This document shows, one piece after another, positions 36,359-49,716 of a stretch of 64,000 nt of DNA. Source of the stretch: Octopus sinensis (taxonomy: Eukaryota); contig NC_043016.1 of the NCBI RefSeq assembly GCF_006345805.1, forward strand, positions 7,874,001 through 7,938,000, in the 5' to 3' direction. The first letter of the stretch is position 1; each line of letters opens with the position of its first letter. The position numbers and the translations under genes were made by a program. Below the pieces are notes generated by a model. That model was not told the DNA's origin and made no database searches. It saw only the letters and a program-made list of their open reading frames with translations.

Positions 36359-36589
36359 ATTTACAATTCAACATTTCTGATTGTTATTAAATAAAAACTT
36401 CTTTAGTTTCATATTTCAGTATTTAAGAAAAGAAAAATTATTGTCTATCAAAGAACATGTGCAATTGATACCTTTTTTATTACCTGTAAACCAATATAAA
36501 GGTGTATTTATAATTATTTTTTAAAAAATATCTTTTTTTCTTTTATGCTTAGTATTAGCTGCATGATATAAACTTTCACAGCAGTAGCA

Positions 36590-36803
36590 GCATCAGTAGT
36601 TGCGGCAGCTGCGCTGGTCCTAGTGGCAGTGGTGGTGATTGTGGTGGGGAATGTGTTGGTGGTGGCGATGGTGACTGTGGCAGCAGTATCAATAACAGCA
36701 GCAGCAGTAGTAGTAGTAGTAGTAGTAGTAGTAATAGTAGTAGTAGTAGTTGTTGTTATCATCATTGTCATCGTTGTTGCTGTTGTCATTGTCGTTGTCG
36801 TCT

Positions 36804-36861
<58 letters not shown>

Positions 36862-36955
36862 TGTTATCATCATTGTCATCGTTGTTGTCTTAGTAGTAGT
36901 AGTGGTAGTAATAGTAGTAGTAGTAGTAGTGGTGGTGGTGGTGGTAGTAGTAGTG

Positions 36956-36986
<31 letters not shown>

Positions 36987-37070
36987 TGATCGCCGTTGTT
37001 GTCATCATCATTTTTGTAGTAGTTGTAGTAGTAGTGGTGGTGGTGGTGGTGGTGGTGGTAGTGGTGGTAT
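36590..37070. repeat. (GTA/GTG/GTT)n array
   Basis: Direct reading. Confidence 0.9.
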
Positions 37071-37489
37071 TTTTGGGCATATTGTAAGCTCTGCGCTTCG
37101 CATATTATCATAACACGATGCAACAACAGAACAATTGTGGGAACGAGAATAAATCAATGAGGAATCCAGATGCCACAGAACACGAACATGAACTGTAAGG
37201 TACCAAGAAATGGCAGTTTCAAGTTTCAGATTCTTGCTGCCAAGAAAATACTGGTAGAAACAGTTAAACCTTTTGGAAGAGAACGCCTGAGACTGTTCCT
37301 GATTCTATGAAACATGTTTAACCCTTTAAGCATTTAAACTGGCCGTATCCAGCTCGAATATTTTACCTGGGTTTTAATGTTCAAACTGGCCAGATCTGGC
37401 CTCTTGCACCTACACTACAATGTCATGCTAAGAATAAACAGTCACATCATTGACAATCTCAAAGCTACAAGAAAATATAATTAAAATAG

Positions 37490-37989
37490 ATGCGCCCTTT
37501 TTTAAAGCCTAGCCAGGTTCATGGGTCTGGTTTCCTGGTTTCAATGGCGTATGTGTTCCCCGGCTGGACGGGATGCTAGTCCATCGCAGCGTTACTCATT
37601 TTTGCCAGCTGAGTGGACTGCAACAACGTAAAATGAAGTGTTTTATTCAATAGCACAACACGTCGCCTGGTCCAGGAATCGGAACCACAATCTTACGATC
37701 ACGATGCTGACACCTAACCACTAAGCCACGCGCCTTCACTTGGGCCCTTTTAAAGCCTAGCCAGGCTCATGGGCCTGGTTTCTCGGTTTCTATGGCGTAT
37801 GTGTTCCCCAGCTGGACAGGACACCAGTCCATCGCAGTGCTAGTCATTTTTGCCAGTTGAGTGGACTGGAGCAACGTGAAATGAAGTATTTTGCTCAAGA
37901 ACACAACACGTCACCTGGTCCAGGAATCGAAATCACAATCTTACGATCATGATGCTGACACCCTAACCACTAAGCCATGTGCCTCCACC
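37490..37989 (-). mobile_element. Tandem pair of family G SINEs
   Basis: Two ~250 bp copies, each with a tRNA-like head. Confidence 0.85.
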
Positions 37990-38069
37990 TACAAGATAAT
38001 GGTGTAGTTAATTCATTTATATACACTTCTGTGTAACTTGACTGTACATGCCACCACCCATTGCATCTT

Positions 38070-38450
38070 TGCTATCTTCTTTCTTTCTGTCTATCTCCTA
38101 TTTCCTCTCTTCCCACTTCTTTCTATCTGTCTCTTCCATCCCTCTCTCCTCCTTCTTTCTCTCTCCTACTACTCTCTCTCTCCTCCTTACTCTCTCTCTT
38201 CCTTCTCTCTCTCCTCCTTACTCTCTCTCTTCCTTCTCTCTCTCCTCCTTACTCTCTCTCTTCCTTCTCTCTCTCCTCCATTTCTCTTTCTCTCTCTTCT
38301 CCTTCTTTCTCTCTCTTACTACTCTTTCTCCTCCTTACTCTCTCTCTCTTCCTTCTCTCTCTCCTCCTTACTCCCTCTCTCATCTTTCTTTCTCCTCTCT
38401 CCTTCTCTATCTCTCCTCCATTTCTCTCTCTTTGTATCTCTCCTTCTCTC
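38070..38450. repeat. CT-rich array with ~30 bp sub-period
   Basis: Direct reading. Confidence 0.85.
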
Positions 38451-38619
38451 CAACTGAGTTTGCCATGTATCTCCTTTACTGCCAGACACCTGTTTCTGTC
38501 CCAGTACTCTAACCTCTCATCTAGCACAAAGCCACCTTTCACACCTCAGTTGAGGGTGTGTGTGTGCATGAGGGGAGGGGTCTTGACAAGTAAATTATTT
38601 GGTGATTTCACTGGTATTG

Positions 38620-38792
38620 ATACCACATAAAAAGCAGCTGGTACACACTCTGTAAAGTGGTTGGCATTAGGAAGGGCATCCAGCCATAGAAACCATACAA
38701 AAACAGATAGCAGAGCTTAGCACTGTCTCCTGACTTACCTGCGCTTGTCAAACTATCCAATCCAAGCCAGTATGGAAGGAGTACATTAATTC

Positions 38793-38834
<42 letters not shown>

Positions 38835-38843
38835 GTGATGTCA

Positions 38844-38885
<42 letters not shown>

Positions 38886-39048
38886 GTGATGACAATGATG
38901 GTGATGGTGGTGATGGTGATGGTGGTGATGGTGATGACAATGATGATGATGATGATGGTGGCCATGGTGATGACAATGATGATGATGATGGTGGTGGTGG
39001 TGATGATGATATTGGCCATGGTGATGACAATGATGATGATGATGTTGT

Positions 39049-39098
<50 letters not shown>

Positions 39099-39120
39099 AT
39101 GACGATGGTGATGACTGCAT
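38620..39120 (+). mobile_element. Family C partial followed by a long (GAT/GGT)n array
   Basis: GGTTGGCATTAGGAAGGGCATCC body. Confidence 0.65.
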
Positions 39121-39631
39121 AAATAATCATTATATTGACACAAATAATCTGCTAGCTAAAGGGTTAATGTTTTCAAGACATTTAAATTAAAACCTTTCAT
39201 CAAAATTCTATATTAATTTATGTTCCTAACACCAGTTTAATAATGACAAAAGTTATTTTATTAGAATCTTCATTATTAGAAAAAAAAAAAATTAATTGAA
39301 ACAAAGGGCAGCATTCTTTAGCGGCAATACGGTAGTGAAAGGGTTAGAGATCTGCTTAAGTAGTGCTGGAACGGAAAGACTACAGACATCTAATTCTTCA
39401 AATACAAAGCCTCAACACAAATATTATTGCAACAAGTAAGCAGCTTCTCTGAGAGGGAAAAAAAGAAATACTTCCATGGAAGTGTTTTAAAGGTTATCAT
39501 CATCATTATCATCATCATCAACACCATTGTTGTCATCATAATTCTCATCACCATCATCACCATCATCATCATCGCCATGTGTATCGTTGGTGATTTTTTT
39601 TCTCCGGCTTCCCTTCTTTGGACTCTTTCTA

Positions 39632-39665
39632 TATTCTGATGAAGAGCTCCACTCGAAATATGAAA
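39632..39665 (+). ncRNA. Degenerate hammerhead-like motif (AUG triplet, predicted inactive)
   Basis: CTGATGA-a-gag(ctcca)ctc-GAAAT-ATG. Confidence 0.35.
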
Positions 39666-39766
39666 TCCTCTTTTGTTTCTTTCCTTTCCTGAGCATCCAA
39701 TAACACTGTACATATTCCACGTCCTCTCATTGTTGTTTTTTCTTGCTTGTTCATGTCTAGATTAAC

Positions 39767-39797
<31 letters not shown>

Positions 39798-39899
39798 TTA
39801 TATATATATATATATATGCCCATATATATATATATATATGTATATTGTCCTTGCATAACAGGCATGTCCCTTGCATCCCTCTACGCTAAGCATTCCTAA

Positions 39900-40140
39900 T
39901 CTTGCAGGTTCCATCGTGGATGCTGGTGCCATATGAAAAGCACTTGTACAGGTGCCACACATAAATACACTTGTGCAAGTGGTGCATAAAAGCACCCATG
40001 ACACACTCAGAGTGGTAGGCATTAGGAAGGGCATCCAACCATAGAGATCATACCAAATCAAACATGGAGCCTGGGCAGCTCCTGTCAAACCATCCAACCC
40101 ATGCCAGCATGGAAAAGCTGACGTTAAATGATGATGATGA
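39900..40140 (+). mobile_element. Family C
   Basis: Body and CATGGAAAAGCTGACGTTAAATGATGA tail. Confidence 0.75.
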
Positions 40141-40254
40141 TACTATACATACATACATGCATACATACTATACATATATATATATATATATATTATATAA
40201 TATATATATATATATATATATAATACATATATAATTATATATATATATATATTT

Positions 40255-40286
<32 letters not shown>

Positions 40287-40408
40287 ATATATATTTTATA
40301 TATATATTATATATATATATGAATGAAAAAAAAATAAATATATATATATATATATATATAACATAAAAGTATAATTCCATATATTGTTCCATACATCAAC
40401 TGTGCTGA

Positions 40409-40659
40409 ACAGCTGTTTTATTAAGATAAACATAATGATACATAATTAATCTACATTAAATTAATTTAATTTAAATTAATTTAAAACTTTATCAACATCA
40501 TCAGAAAAACCATTCGCTTTTCTGATTAACATAACACAACATTCCTGATGTTTTGGATAAGTGCAGGCTTTTTAATTAGATTTAATTTAATTTAATTGAT
40601 TATGTATTACAATTATCTAATTATACTTTCTGTGTTGTTTATCTTAACAAAGCAGCTGT
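40409..40659. mobile_element. AT-rich imperfect inverted-repeat element (MITE-like)
   Basis: ACAGCTGTTTTATTAAGATAAACA / TGTTTATCTTAACAAAGCAGCTGT. Confidence 0.45.
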
Positions 40660-41288
40660 ATTAAATTATTAATTAAAGTTTGAACTGTTTGGGAAATTTC
40701 TACATTTGTGCCTTTATGCAAAATATGTTGATCTTAAAGATCTTTTTAGCAGATTATGTATGCAGTGCATACAAGTTGGCCTCAATGTGATTTAGTGTTG
40801 GAGCTTAATGATGTATGACTAATTGAGATCTTAATTACCTTAGATTTATCCTTTGATGTTTAACATTACTTCTCTATAGAGATATACATACGTACACAAT
40901 AAATTGATAGATAGATAGATAGATACATACATACATACATACATACATACATACAAATATACATACAAAAATACATATGGATATATATACATATATACAA
41001 ATCTACATACATAGAGAATATACATACAAATATATATATTATAATATAATACAAATAAGAAAATGGAGGAACAAATTCATTTCGATCATCAAGTTACCCT
41101 CATAACTCCTATCTTACTTTGTACTATATATATGTATATATATTCAAAACGATATCGAACACACAAGTGCAAACAAGAGAGACAGAGAAAGGCAGAAACA
41201 CAAGAAATGCCACTTATATTTGAACACTATACAAATATTCCTTTAAAAAAACTTTTCTTTTAATTTTTCTAAATTTAATTACTAATCG

Positions 41289-41330
41289 TTACAGTTGAAA
41301 AGGTCTCAAAATGACCGAAACCGTACTGAA
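41289..41330 (+). ncRNA. Minimal hammerhead, U3-A8 variant
   Basis: cag-TTGAAAA-ggtc(tcaaaat)gacc-GAAAC-c-GTA^ctg; (AT)n about 55 nt downstream. Confidence 0.6.
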
Positions 41331-41429
41331 ATGTTCTTTATAAAATTATTTTAGCATTTTCTATTTTGACTTATTTTTCATATATATATATATATTATAT
41401 TATATATATATTATATATATATTATATAT

Positions 41430-41489
<60 letters not shown>

Positions 41490-41555
41490 GTATGTATATA
41501 TAGGTATATAGACATACACACAGATATATAGATATATATACATAATTACAAATAG

Positions 41556-41597
<42 letters not shown>

Positions 41598-42627
41598 CAT
41601 ATATATAGATAGATGATAGATACATATATATATATACATACATATATACATACAAGTATACATGTATAGAAATATACAAACAAATATATATATATACATA
41701 CTTATAAATATACATACATACTATCGCTTGACAACTGATTGTTGATGTATTTACGCATCCGTAACTTAGAGGTTTGACAAAAGAAACCGATAGAATAAGT
41801 ATTAGGCTTACAAAGAATATGTTCGACTAATGGCAGTGCTCCAGCATGGCCACAGTCAAATGACTGAAACAATTAGAAGAATAAAAGAATAGAATACAAA
41901 TATACATATAAGTATATATACATACAAATATACATATATGAAGGGGTACCCAAAAGTAACTGGGAACGTTTTCTGCATGACAAACCCGTTGTAGTTCAGG
42001 CTTCTACTGCTAGCAGTCACTTGCTGCAACCCTCAAGCATCAGTCTACCAACCGGCATTGTCGGCTGGAGTCGTACTGCCACGTGATGCATTTTTGTTCG
42101 TCGGTTTTTCCGATGGCTGAAACAAAGGAATAGCGTGTTTCCGTTAAATTCTGTTTTCTGCTGGGGGAAAACGGTCTCCAAAATTGTTGTAAAGCTTCAA
42201 ACAGCTTACAAGGACGCTGCCATGAGCAAAACACAAGATTCTGAGTGGTTTCCACGCTTTAGGAAGACCAACATCGTTCGAGACGACCAGTGACCTTTGG
42301 AATGAATGAAAACATCATGAAAATTCATGAAATGATCTTGGAAGACCATCACCAAACAATTGAAAAACTTGTTGATATGACTGGTATGTTCAGGAGCCCC
42401 TACCATCGAATTTTCAGCAAGGAATTGTGAATGAAAAGAGTTGTAACAAAATGTGTGCCTCGCTTTCTCATGGAAGATCAAAAGCAATCACGACTGAATG
42501 TGCGTCGTGAACTGAGAGTATGGTTGGAAGTTGTCCGGACCATTTTTTTCGAAGGTCATCACTGGTGACGGAAGCAGGTGCGATAGAACTTGCAGATGTG
42601 GAAGAGGTGAAGAAAAAATTATGGATG

Positions 42628-43095
42628 TGTAACAGGATGAAGGTCTCAGGAACACTTGAGGGATGTCTGTCTTATCTTGTCACATACAATTGTCGAAGGG
42701 AAAACCAAAATCCGACTGTCTTCAATAGCAATAAATAATACTTTATTTTTTTTCCGGGTTTCGCAAATACAATATATATATACACATATATTTTCCTTAA
42801 GGGCGAACCGGTAGCCAAGTCCACAAGACTGTTCGCAAATGTTCACTTGGGTGAGCCAAAATTACTGTCTTCGTTCCCGCTTAGAAGAGAGCTTCTCTAT
42901 ATGTAGGGTTTTTCCTGAAAGAAGGTTGGTCACGTCCACTCGGTAGGGCTGCTGATTCAAAACGACAGATTTAGCGGGAACACTTTCAGTTTGCAGTTCT
43001 CTGCGCATGCGCATGAGTGAACTTCCGGCGGTCTACCGGAAGTAATCCAACTCTGCGCATGCGCGCTGAAAACTTCTCAAAATAGCGTCACTACA
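42628..43095 (-). mobile_element. Gypsy-type solo LTR, 468 bp
   Basis: TGTAAC...ACTACA termini, 4 bp TSD GATG (42624-42627 and 43096-43099), AATAAA on the minus strand. Confidence 0.8.
43002..43064. promoter_or_regulatory. NRF1-ETS-ETS-NRF1 motif cassette inside the LTR
   Basis: TGCGCATGCGCA 43002-43013, ACTTCCGG 43021-43028, CCGGAAGT 43036-43043, TGCGCATGCGC 43054-43064. Confidence 0.6.
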
Positions 43096-43456
43096 GATGC
43101 ATTAAAAGGCATCACATCGCAATGATTCTTGCACTGCTTGAAATAGTGGAAAACACGCCGGGGCCGATGCGTTGTTTCAATACTTTGAAGGTGATAAAAG
43201 TGTAAACGTGTAAAATGTGAATGAAATAACATTGCAAAGTTCCGTTTTTTTTGGGTACCCCCTTGTAGATATTTATATATATATATATATATACACACAC
43301 ATCAAATATGCATACAAATATACATACATACACACATATATATATACATATATTATATATATAATATATATATAATATATATATATATTGCATACATGCA
43401 AATATCTATACATAAACAAATATACATATATATAAATATACATACATACATATATA

Positions 43457-44311
43457 CGTGGTCTAATCAATAAGTATCCAGGTTGTTGCCATGGTAACGA
43501 ATCTAAAGCACGCCGAGTAAAGACACTTGGCACAGATTGACCTTGAACTCTGCTCTGCCTGCGCACTAAGTTTCAACGTTATAGATCACTTCTGCCGTTT
43601 ACAGCAGTTCTTGGAAGAAACGTGTGTAGCTTGTGATCGTCAGATTGACCATCAAATTTTGCCCAAAAGCTTGGTGGTACCTTCTCAGAGACCTACGGAA
43701 ATTTTTCCAAAAAGTTTTCATTGTTCTCGACACAATGAAGAAGATCTTGTGCAACTGAAACCCGAGTGTCCTTTTGGTCAGCTGAAAACAGCTTTGGCAC
43801 AAACTTGGTAGACACGCATCTCATACCCAAATGTTCAGTGATAATGGATCGAACCGAACTGTAACTAATCTGCACGTCCTCTGATAACTCACGGATGGTG
43901 ATTCAACGATTTTCCCTCACAGCTGCACCCGCATCTGCGTAGTTTTTCTCACTTCTGCTGGTTGCGGGTCTCCCGGAACGTTCGTTACTGTCGACATTTT
44001 TCGGCCATTTTGGTAACATCTGAACCACTCATACACATGTGTGCAATTCATACACTTCTCTCCATACACTTTCTGTAACTTTCCGTAGGAATCTGAGCAG
44101 ATGTCGCCATGACAGCATTCTCTGTCATGCTCAATGTGACGATCACACGTTACACACCTTCCTTCCAAACACTGCTGTAAGCAACAGAAATGAGCTAAAA
44201 CGTTAAAACTTGGTGCGCATGCACAGCAGAGTTAACGGTCAAGCAGCTTCACCCTGCATGCTTTAGCTTCGTTACTATGGGAACAGTCCGGATACTATTG
44301 ACCAGACCTTG
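43457..44311 (-). mobile_element. Internally deleted mariner
   Basis: ~45 bp imperfect TIRs; KLQKVYGE..VYEWF and TKFVPKLFSADQK motifs. Confidence 0.8.
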
Positions 44312-44348
44312 TGTGTGTGTATATATATATATATAAAACAACAACAAC

Positions 44349-44384
<36 letters not shown>

Positions 44385-44490
44385 TAATATATAAAATAAT
44401 AATAATAATAATATAATAATAATAATTAATAATAATAATATAATAATAATAATATAATAATAATAATAATAATATAATAATAATATAATA

Positions 44491-45078
44491 ATGCCCTGAT
44501 CAGTACCTGCCCTGATGCAGTACCTTGCCCTGATCAGTACCAGGCAGTGGCTCTCGTGGCTTCTGATCTTAACTGATTGGGAGTGTTATCATGGACATTG
44601 TTTTTTGTCTTGGTATAAAAGATGGGCTACAGCAAATATTCTGCTCAATACCACAGATTTGCTTGTCAGTTGTTTGACTTTAACCAGTTGAGCATGTCCC
44701 TTAGTGGCTGACGATATGTGCATCTCTGATCATGAGCAGAAGTAGTGGGAAGCATATAGCCATGTGTTGAGAAGGGTTCTTTGGGGTTTGAATGATTCAC
44801 CTCTGGAAACATGGGTTTTCGTTCAACATCCTAAACAACCCTTATTCAGGGACCTTTTAAGCGGAATGGGTTACTTGACCAAGAAGAAAATTCTAACTGG
44901 GCCCCACCTGCAAGGTCATGTGCTGTTTATCTTGATATGAGATCACCATGTCGCGCACATATGGTTTTGATGCATGTGCCTAGTGTACCCTTATCAGACG
45001 GGTAGTCATGATGGGATATTGGGCTTCGTATATTTTAACCCCAGTGTCACTTTGATGGCATGAACTGCTCTCTCACTC
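44491..45078 (+). mobile_element. ~560 bp (TAA)n-flanked element, copy 2, with triplicated 5' start
   Basis: Aligns along its length to 1612-2167; GCCCTGAT(G)CAGTACC occurs three times. Confidence 0.8.
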
Positions 45079-45500
45079 AATAATAATAATAATAATATAC
45101 TCCGATAAAACAACATTATCTAAACAATTGACGGAAAAATGATGAGCTTACCTACGCTAGAATCGAACCCACATATCACCGCTATCTATGACCATCCGAT
45201 TGAGTCAGACGCTCACCATGAATTTCAGTCAAATTTTATGTATAGATACTTAACTGTCTAGTATACAAACCCGGTGGCTTGATAAGTTATATATATACAT
45301 ACACACACACAAATATATATATGTATGTATATATATAAACAGTTTCTTGAAAATCGGGTCATAACCATGAAATATTTAATGCAAGGTAGGCCTGCATTAA
45401 TTCATATATTTGTTTTCTTGGGATTTGCCTTGCATTTACTTCGCATTGTTCTGGCCTTACCCACGACCCTTCATACAATATATACAATATATTCTACATA

Positions 45501-45851
45501 ATGCTTGGCTCAGTGGTTAGAGCGTCGAGCTTACGATCGTGAGGTTGTGAGCTCGAATCCCGGACCGGGCTGCGTGTTGTGTTCTTGAGCAAGGCACTTT
45601 ATTTCACGTTGCTCCAGTTCACTCAACTGTAGAAATGAGTTGCGACGTCACTGGTGCCAAGCTGTATTGGCCTTTGCCTTTCCCTTGGATAACACTGGTG
45701 GCGTGGAGAGGAGAGGCCGGTATGCATGGCTGGTCTTCCATAAACTGGTCTTCCATAAACAACCTTGCCCGGACTTGTATCTAGGAGGGTAACTTTCTAG
45801 GTGCAATCCCATGGTCATTCATGACCGAAGGGGGTCTTTACCCCTTTACCC
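45501..45851 (+). mobile_element. tRNA-derived SINE family H
   Basis: GGCTCAGTGGTTAGAGCG..GAGCTCGAATCCC head; (TTTACCC) tail. Confidence 0.75.
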
Positions 45852-45893
45852 TATATATATATAACAATTTAACAAATAAAACACATGCATACA

Positions 45894-45940
<47 letters not shown>

Positions 45941-45941
<1 letters not shown>

Positions 45942-46139
45942 GAGTACAGGACACCACAAATAAACGTAGAACACAACGAGAAACGATAACATAAAGACAA
46001 ACAAGGAAACGGACTTTTTTAACAACGGAAAAACAGAGTACAAGACAAACATGTACTCTGTTTTTCCGTTTCCTTGTTTGTTTTTTTATGTTTTCGTTTC
46101 TTGTTGTGTTCTACGTTTATTTGTGGTGTCCTGTACTCA
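45941..46139. repeat. Fold-back inverted duplication of a repeat fragment
   Basis: ~90 bp arms, ~10 nt loop; related linear copy at 57370-57490. Confidence 0.85.
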
Positions 46140-46259
46140 CACACACCACACACACACAACACACACACACATATATATATAATATATAATATATATATAT
46201 ATTATATATTATATATGCATGTATATATACTTATAGATGTAGATATCTCTTTTATCTTT

Positions 46260-46424
46260 TAATTGTTTCAGAGCACCGCCTTTAGTCGAGCAATTCCACC
46301 CCGGGACTTATTCTTTGTAACCCCATATTTATTCTATCGGTCGCTAGGTGACGGAGACGTAAACACACCAGCATCATTGTCAGCAATGCTAGGGAGGGAC
46401 AAACACAGACACACAAACACCACT

Positions 46425-46499
<75 letters not shown>

Positions 46500-46636
46500 G
46501 ATATGTAAAAAAATACAAACTGTGACAAGAACGTATAACACTTAGAAGACGATACAACAAACACAGACAGGACATTCGAAGCCCTCAGTCTTCAGTCAAG
46601 AACCGGATCATCGTAGTAATTTCGGCTGATTAATCT

Positions 46637-46669
<33 letters not shown>

Positions 46670-46815
46670 GACAGGCTTCTTTCAGTTCTCACAAGGCACT
46701 GGTCGGCCCGGGGCTATAGCAGAAGACACTATCCCAAGATGCGACGCAGTGGGACTGAACCCGGAACCATGTGGTTGGTTAGCAAGCTACTTACCACACA
46801 GCCACTCCTGCGCCT
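46260..46815 (-). mobile_element. SINE family A split by (AT)n and a family D fragment (46505-46638)
   Basis: 3' half 46260-46420, head half 46665-46815. Confidence 0.7.
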
Positions 46816-46992
46816 ATGTGCATATATGTATGTATGTATGCATATGTTTTATTTGTTAAATTGTTATTATATATGACTGAGCGCCTCGCGTCGTTTCTTA
46901 TCCTTCAAGTAAGTTTTTATATATATATATCGTTTGTAGAAATCATAAAGCCGGGGAAGAACACCCTAAGATGTAGAGTAGTATATATTTTA

Positions 46993-47221
46993 GGCGGCGA
47001 GCTGGCAGAAACGTTAGCACGCCGGGCGAAATGCTTAGCGGTATTTAGTCTGCCGCTACGTTCTGAGTTCAAATTCCGCCGAGGTTGACTTAGCCTTTCA
47101 TCCTTTCGGGGTCGATAAATTAAGTACCAGATACGCACTGGGGTCGATGGAATCGGCTTAATCCGTTTGTCTGTCCTTGTTTGTCCCCTCTGTGTTTAGC
47201 CCCTTGTGGGTAGTAAAGAAA
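46993..47221 (+). mobile_element. SINE family B with TSD TATATATTTTA
   Basis: Complete head, domain and tail. Confidence 0.9.
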
Positions 47222-47272
47222 TATATATTTTACTGAGGAAGGCTGGTTTATGGGATTTCCCGTCCATAAAAG

Positions 47273-47376
47273 GTTTAACTTTACGGCGTGTCATCAGACC
47301 CCGACCCCAAAGCCTGTTCGCCTACGCCCCTAGGCCCACAGGTTTTGGGGTCTGACAATACGTCATAAAATTAAAC
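47273..47376. mobile_element. Small fold-back MITE-like element
   Basis: GTTTAACTTTACGGCGTGTCATCAGACCCC / GGGGTCTGACAATACGTCATAAAATTAAAC. Confidence 0.55.
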
Positions 47377-47985
47377 TCTTAATGCCCTTCCCCAGTAATT
47401 ATATATATATATATACTATTAAAAGTCAGATTAAATCTTGCTTGCTTGCAATGTTACTCAGCAACACTGATGTATAATGGAAAATTTCTATGAATTAAGT
47501 TGACCTTGAAGTGTTAATACGAACAGGATGAAACAAGTTTAACGTAAATCGATAAAGTGGATTTCGAGGTATTAGACGTTTTCGAGGGTATAAATACCCA
47601 AAACGTTTCATAATGCGAAAATATCCCGAAAAAAATCTTTCTATTAGACACAGTGAGTTGACAATGAAAAATATATGATTTAAACACAATATTTTAATCA
47701 TTTAGAAATATTTTTAAGTGAATGTGATTTCAGAAATGTGAGTTATTTGTACAGTAAGTATTTATATTTTAGCTTTCTTTAAACAGCCAATATTTTAATG
47801 TTTTTAAAATTATTTTCAAGTGAATACCATTACAAAAATTTTTGTAGCATATTTTAAAAATATTCTAAAGTGAAAATGACTTTATAAATACAGAAGATAT
47901 TTCGTAAAAGAGCCGTTTGTAACCTCAGTGTAAAATAGTTTTTTCCATAGATTTTTTTGGAGTGCATTCAACGTACCTCGCCTCC

Positions 47986-48106
47986 AAAGATTTGGCTGCT
48001 ATTTCTAGCACGCTCTGCTACCTCATTATAGCTCTTTGCGATATAAAGGACCCAAAATACCTGTTACGTGGTAGCAGGGCGTGCAAGAAATAGCAGCCAA
48101 ATCTTT
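47986..48106. mobile_element. MITE-like element with 37 bp inverted arms
   Basis: AAAGATTTGGCTGCTATTTCTAGCACG / CGTGCAAGAAATAGCAGCCAAATCTTT. Confidence 0.65.
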
Positions 48107-49716
48107 CCTTTTTCTGGGGAAAGGAGCCGTTTACGCGTTATTTCGATGTGACGTTCGGTGAAGACATGCGAAATAACCTGGAAGGCATCGCAGGATGGAT
48201 GAATCAAAAACCTCAGTCAAGATGTATTTCATTTCAAGTTATTTTTGTCTTGATTATAAGCTCCTCACATCTTGTTATATGTCTATATTGAGAGGAATGA
48301 TCCAAACAAAGATGTCCTCTCTCTTTGCTTTCCTTACATTGACATCGTTACTAACAACATATCTTCTGCATCATATTGGAAATGTTACTAAAAAATCTGA
48401 ACTAAACTCGAGTCCCTTCCAATCAGTTTGCCTGGTATCCAGCAAGTCTCAGGGATTGATTGGAGACAGGACATATATCATTATCATTTAATGTCCATTT
48501 TCCCATTCTTGCACGAACCAGACAGAATTTCTTGAGGCAGATTTTCTATGGCTTGATGCTCTTCTTGTTGCCAACCCTCTCTTACTTTCCCATAATGAGG
48601 CATGTTTTTCATAGAAGATGATGAAACAAATTTAAACTTTCACATGTCGTTTAGACAAGGGTACGTGCAAATACACACAGGTATGTATTTATATGACTAT
48701 ACAACCGGATCTCAAGAAACGGCCGTAGGATTATTAACTGGATTATTAACACCCAAACTATTTATATTCTAGACTCTTAACTCCTTTCATGATTTCATTT
48801 TATAATCTGTAAGTTGACCTATATATGTATCTTTTTTTCTTCACAAATGTAAATAAACCCAATCTGTTTCTTAAACGAGGGACCAATTCATACGGTACAG
48901 AATGATTTTTAACTCAATAGAGGTAACTGATTGGTTGAAATTGCAGAAATTGAAGAAAAAACAACAACAAATATCTTACAAACTATAGAGTTTTCTCAAT
49001 AAAGCCAAGAGAAAAAGATGTTTTATAAACACATTCTACCGGTATACGAAGTTTAAAATTTTTTAGTTACCTGGAAATTATGTTAAAAACTGTCGTTCAA
49101 ACTGAAAAGATCCGTATGTATCCATGTATTTATATATTTTTATATATCTATATATTTTTAATATATTTGATGTATTACATATACTTATAGAGAAATTCCT
49201 GCATGTTGGGTCTAGGGCTGAATAAATATAAATGTTTATGTAAACTTGATTTGCCTAACTTTGATTCTTACTGCGACATTATTCTAACGCCTCGGGTTTG
49301 AATATCTTCAGCACTTCAAAGTGAAGTCTATGCATTGGAGAAAATTTTTTTCCTTATGGTCATATATATAGTTCTGTGTGTGTACGTGTGCATACATATA
49401 TATGTGTATGTGTGTGTGATTGTGTGTGTATATAGATATACTTATGTATATGTATATGCATGTAAGTCACTTCAAAAAATCTTCGATCGAATAACACCGT
49501 TTACGAGACTCTGTGCTTGGAAAGACCAATTATAAACACCATTGGAACTCACACGCAAGGTACAGGAAACTTATATGTATACCATTGTGCTTAAATAAGG
49601 TAACTGCAAATGCAATATCCTTACATATCTCACGTCTGTTTTCATTCCTCCACTTTACTCTGTATTTCATATCTTCTCTATAATAACCATTACTTAAACA
49701 TTTTCTCGCACCATCT

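Larger units (their letters stand above)
41939..43265 (+). mobile_element. Internally deleted mariner interrupted by a solo LTR
   Basis: GGGGTACCCAAAA TIRs; KFCFLLGK, KCVPR, ADVEEVKKK|TDALKGI, WKTR..FEGD motifs. Confidence 0.8.

Noticed and set aside
45501-45575. tRNA gene
   Set aside because: No acceptor stem closure; it continues into a SINE body.
47295-47311. CTGATGA on the minus strand
   Set aside because: Part of a MITE inverted repeat; no GAAA partner.
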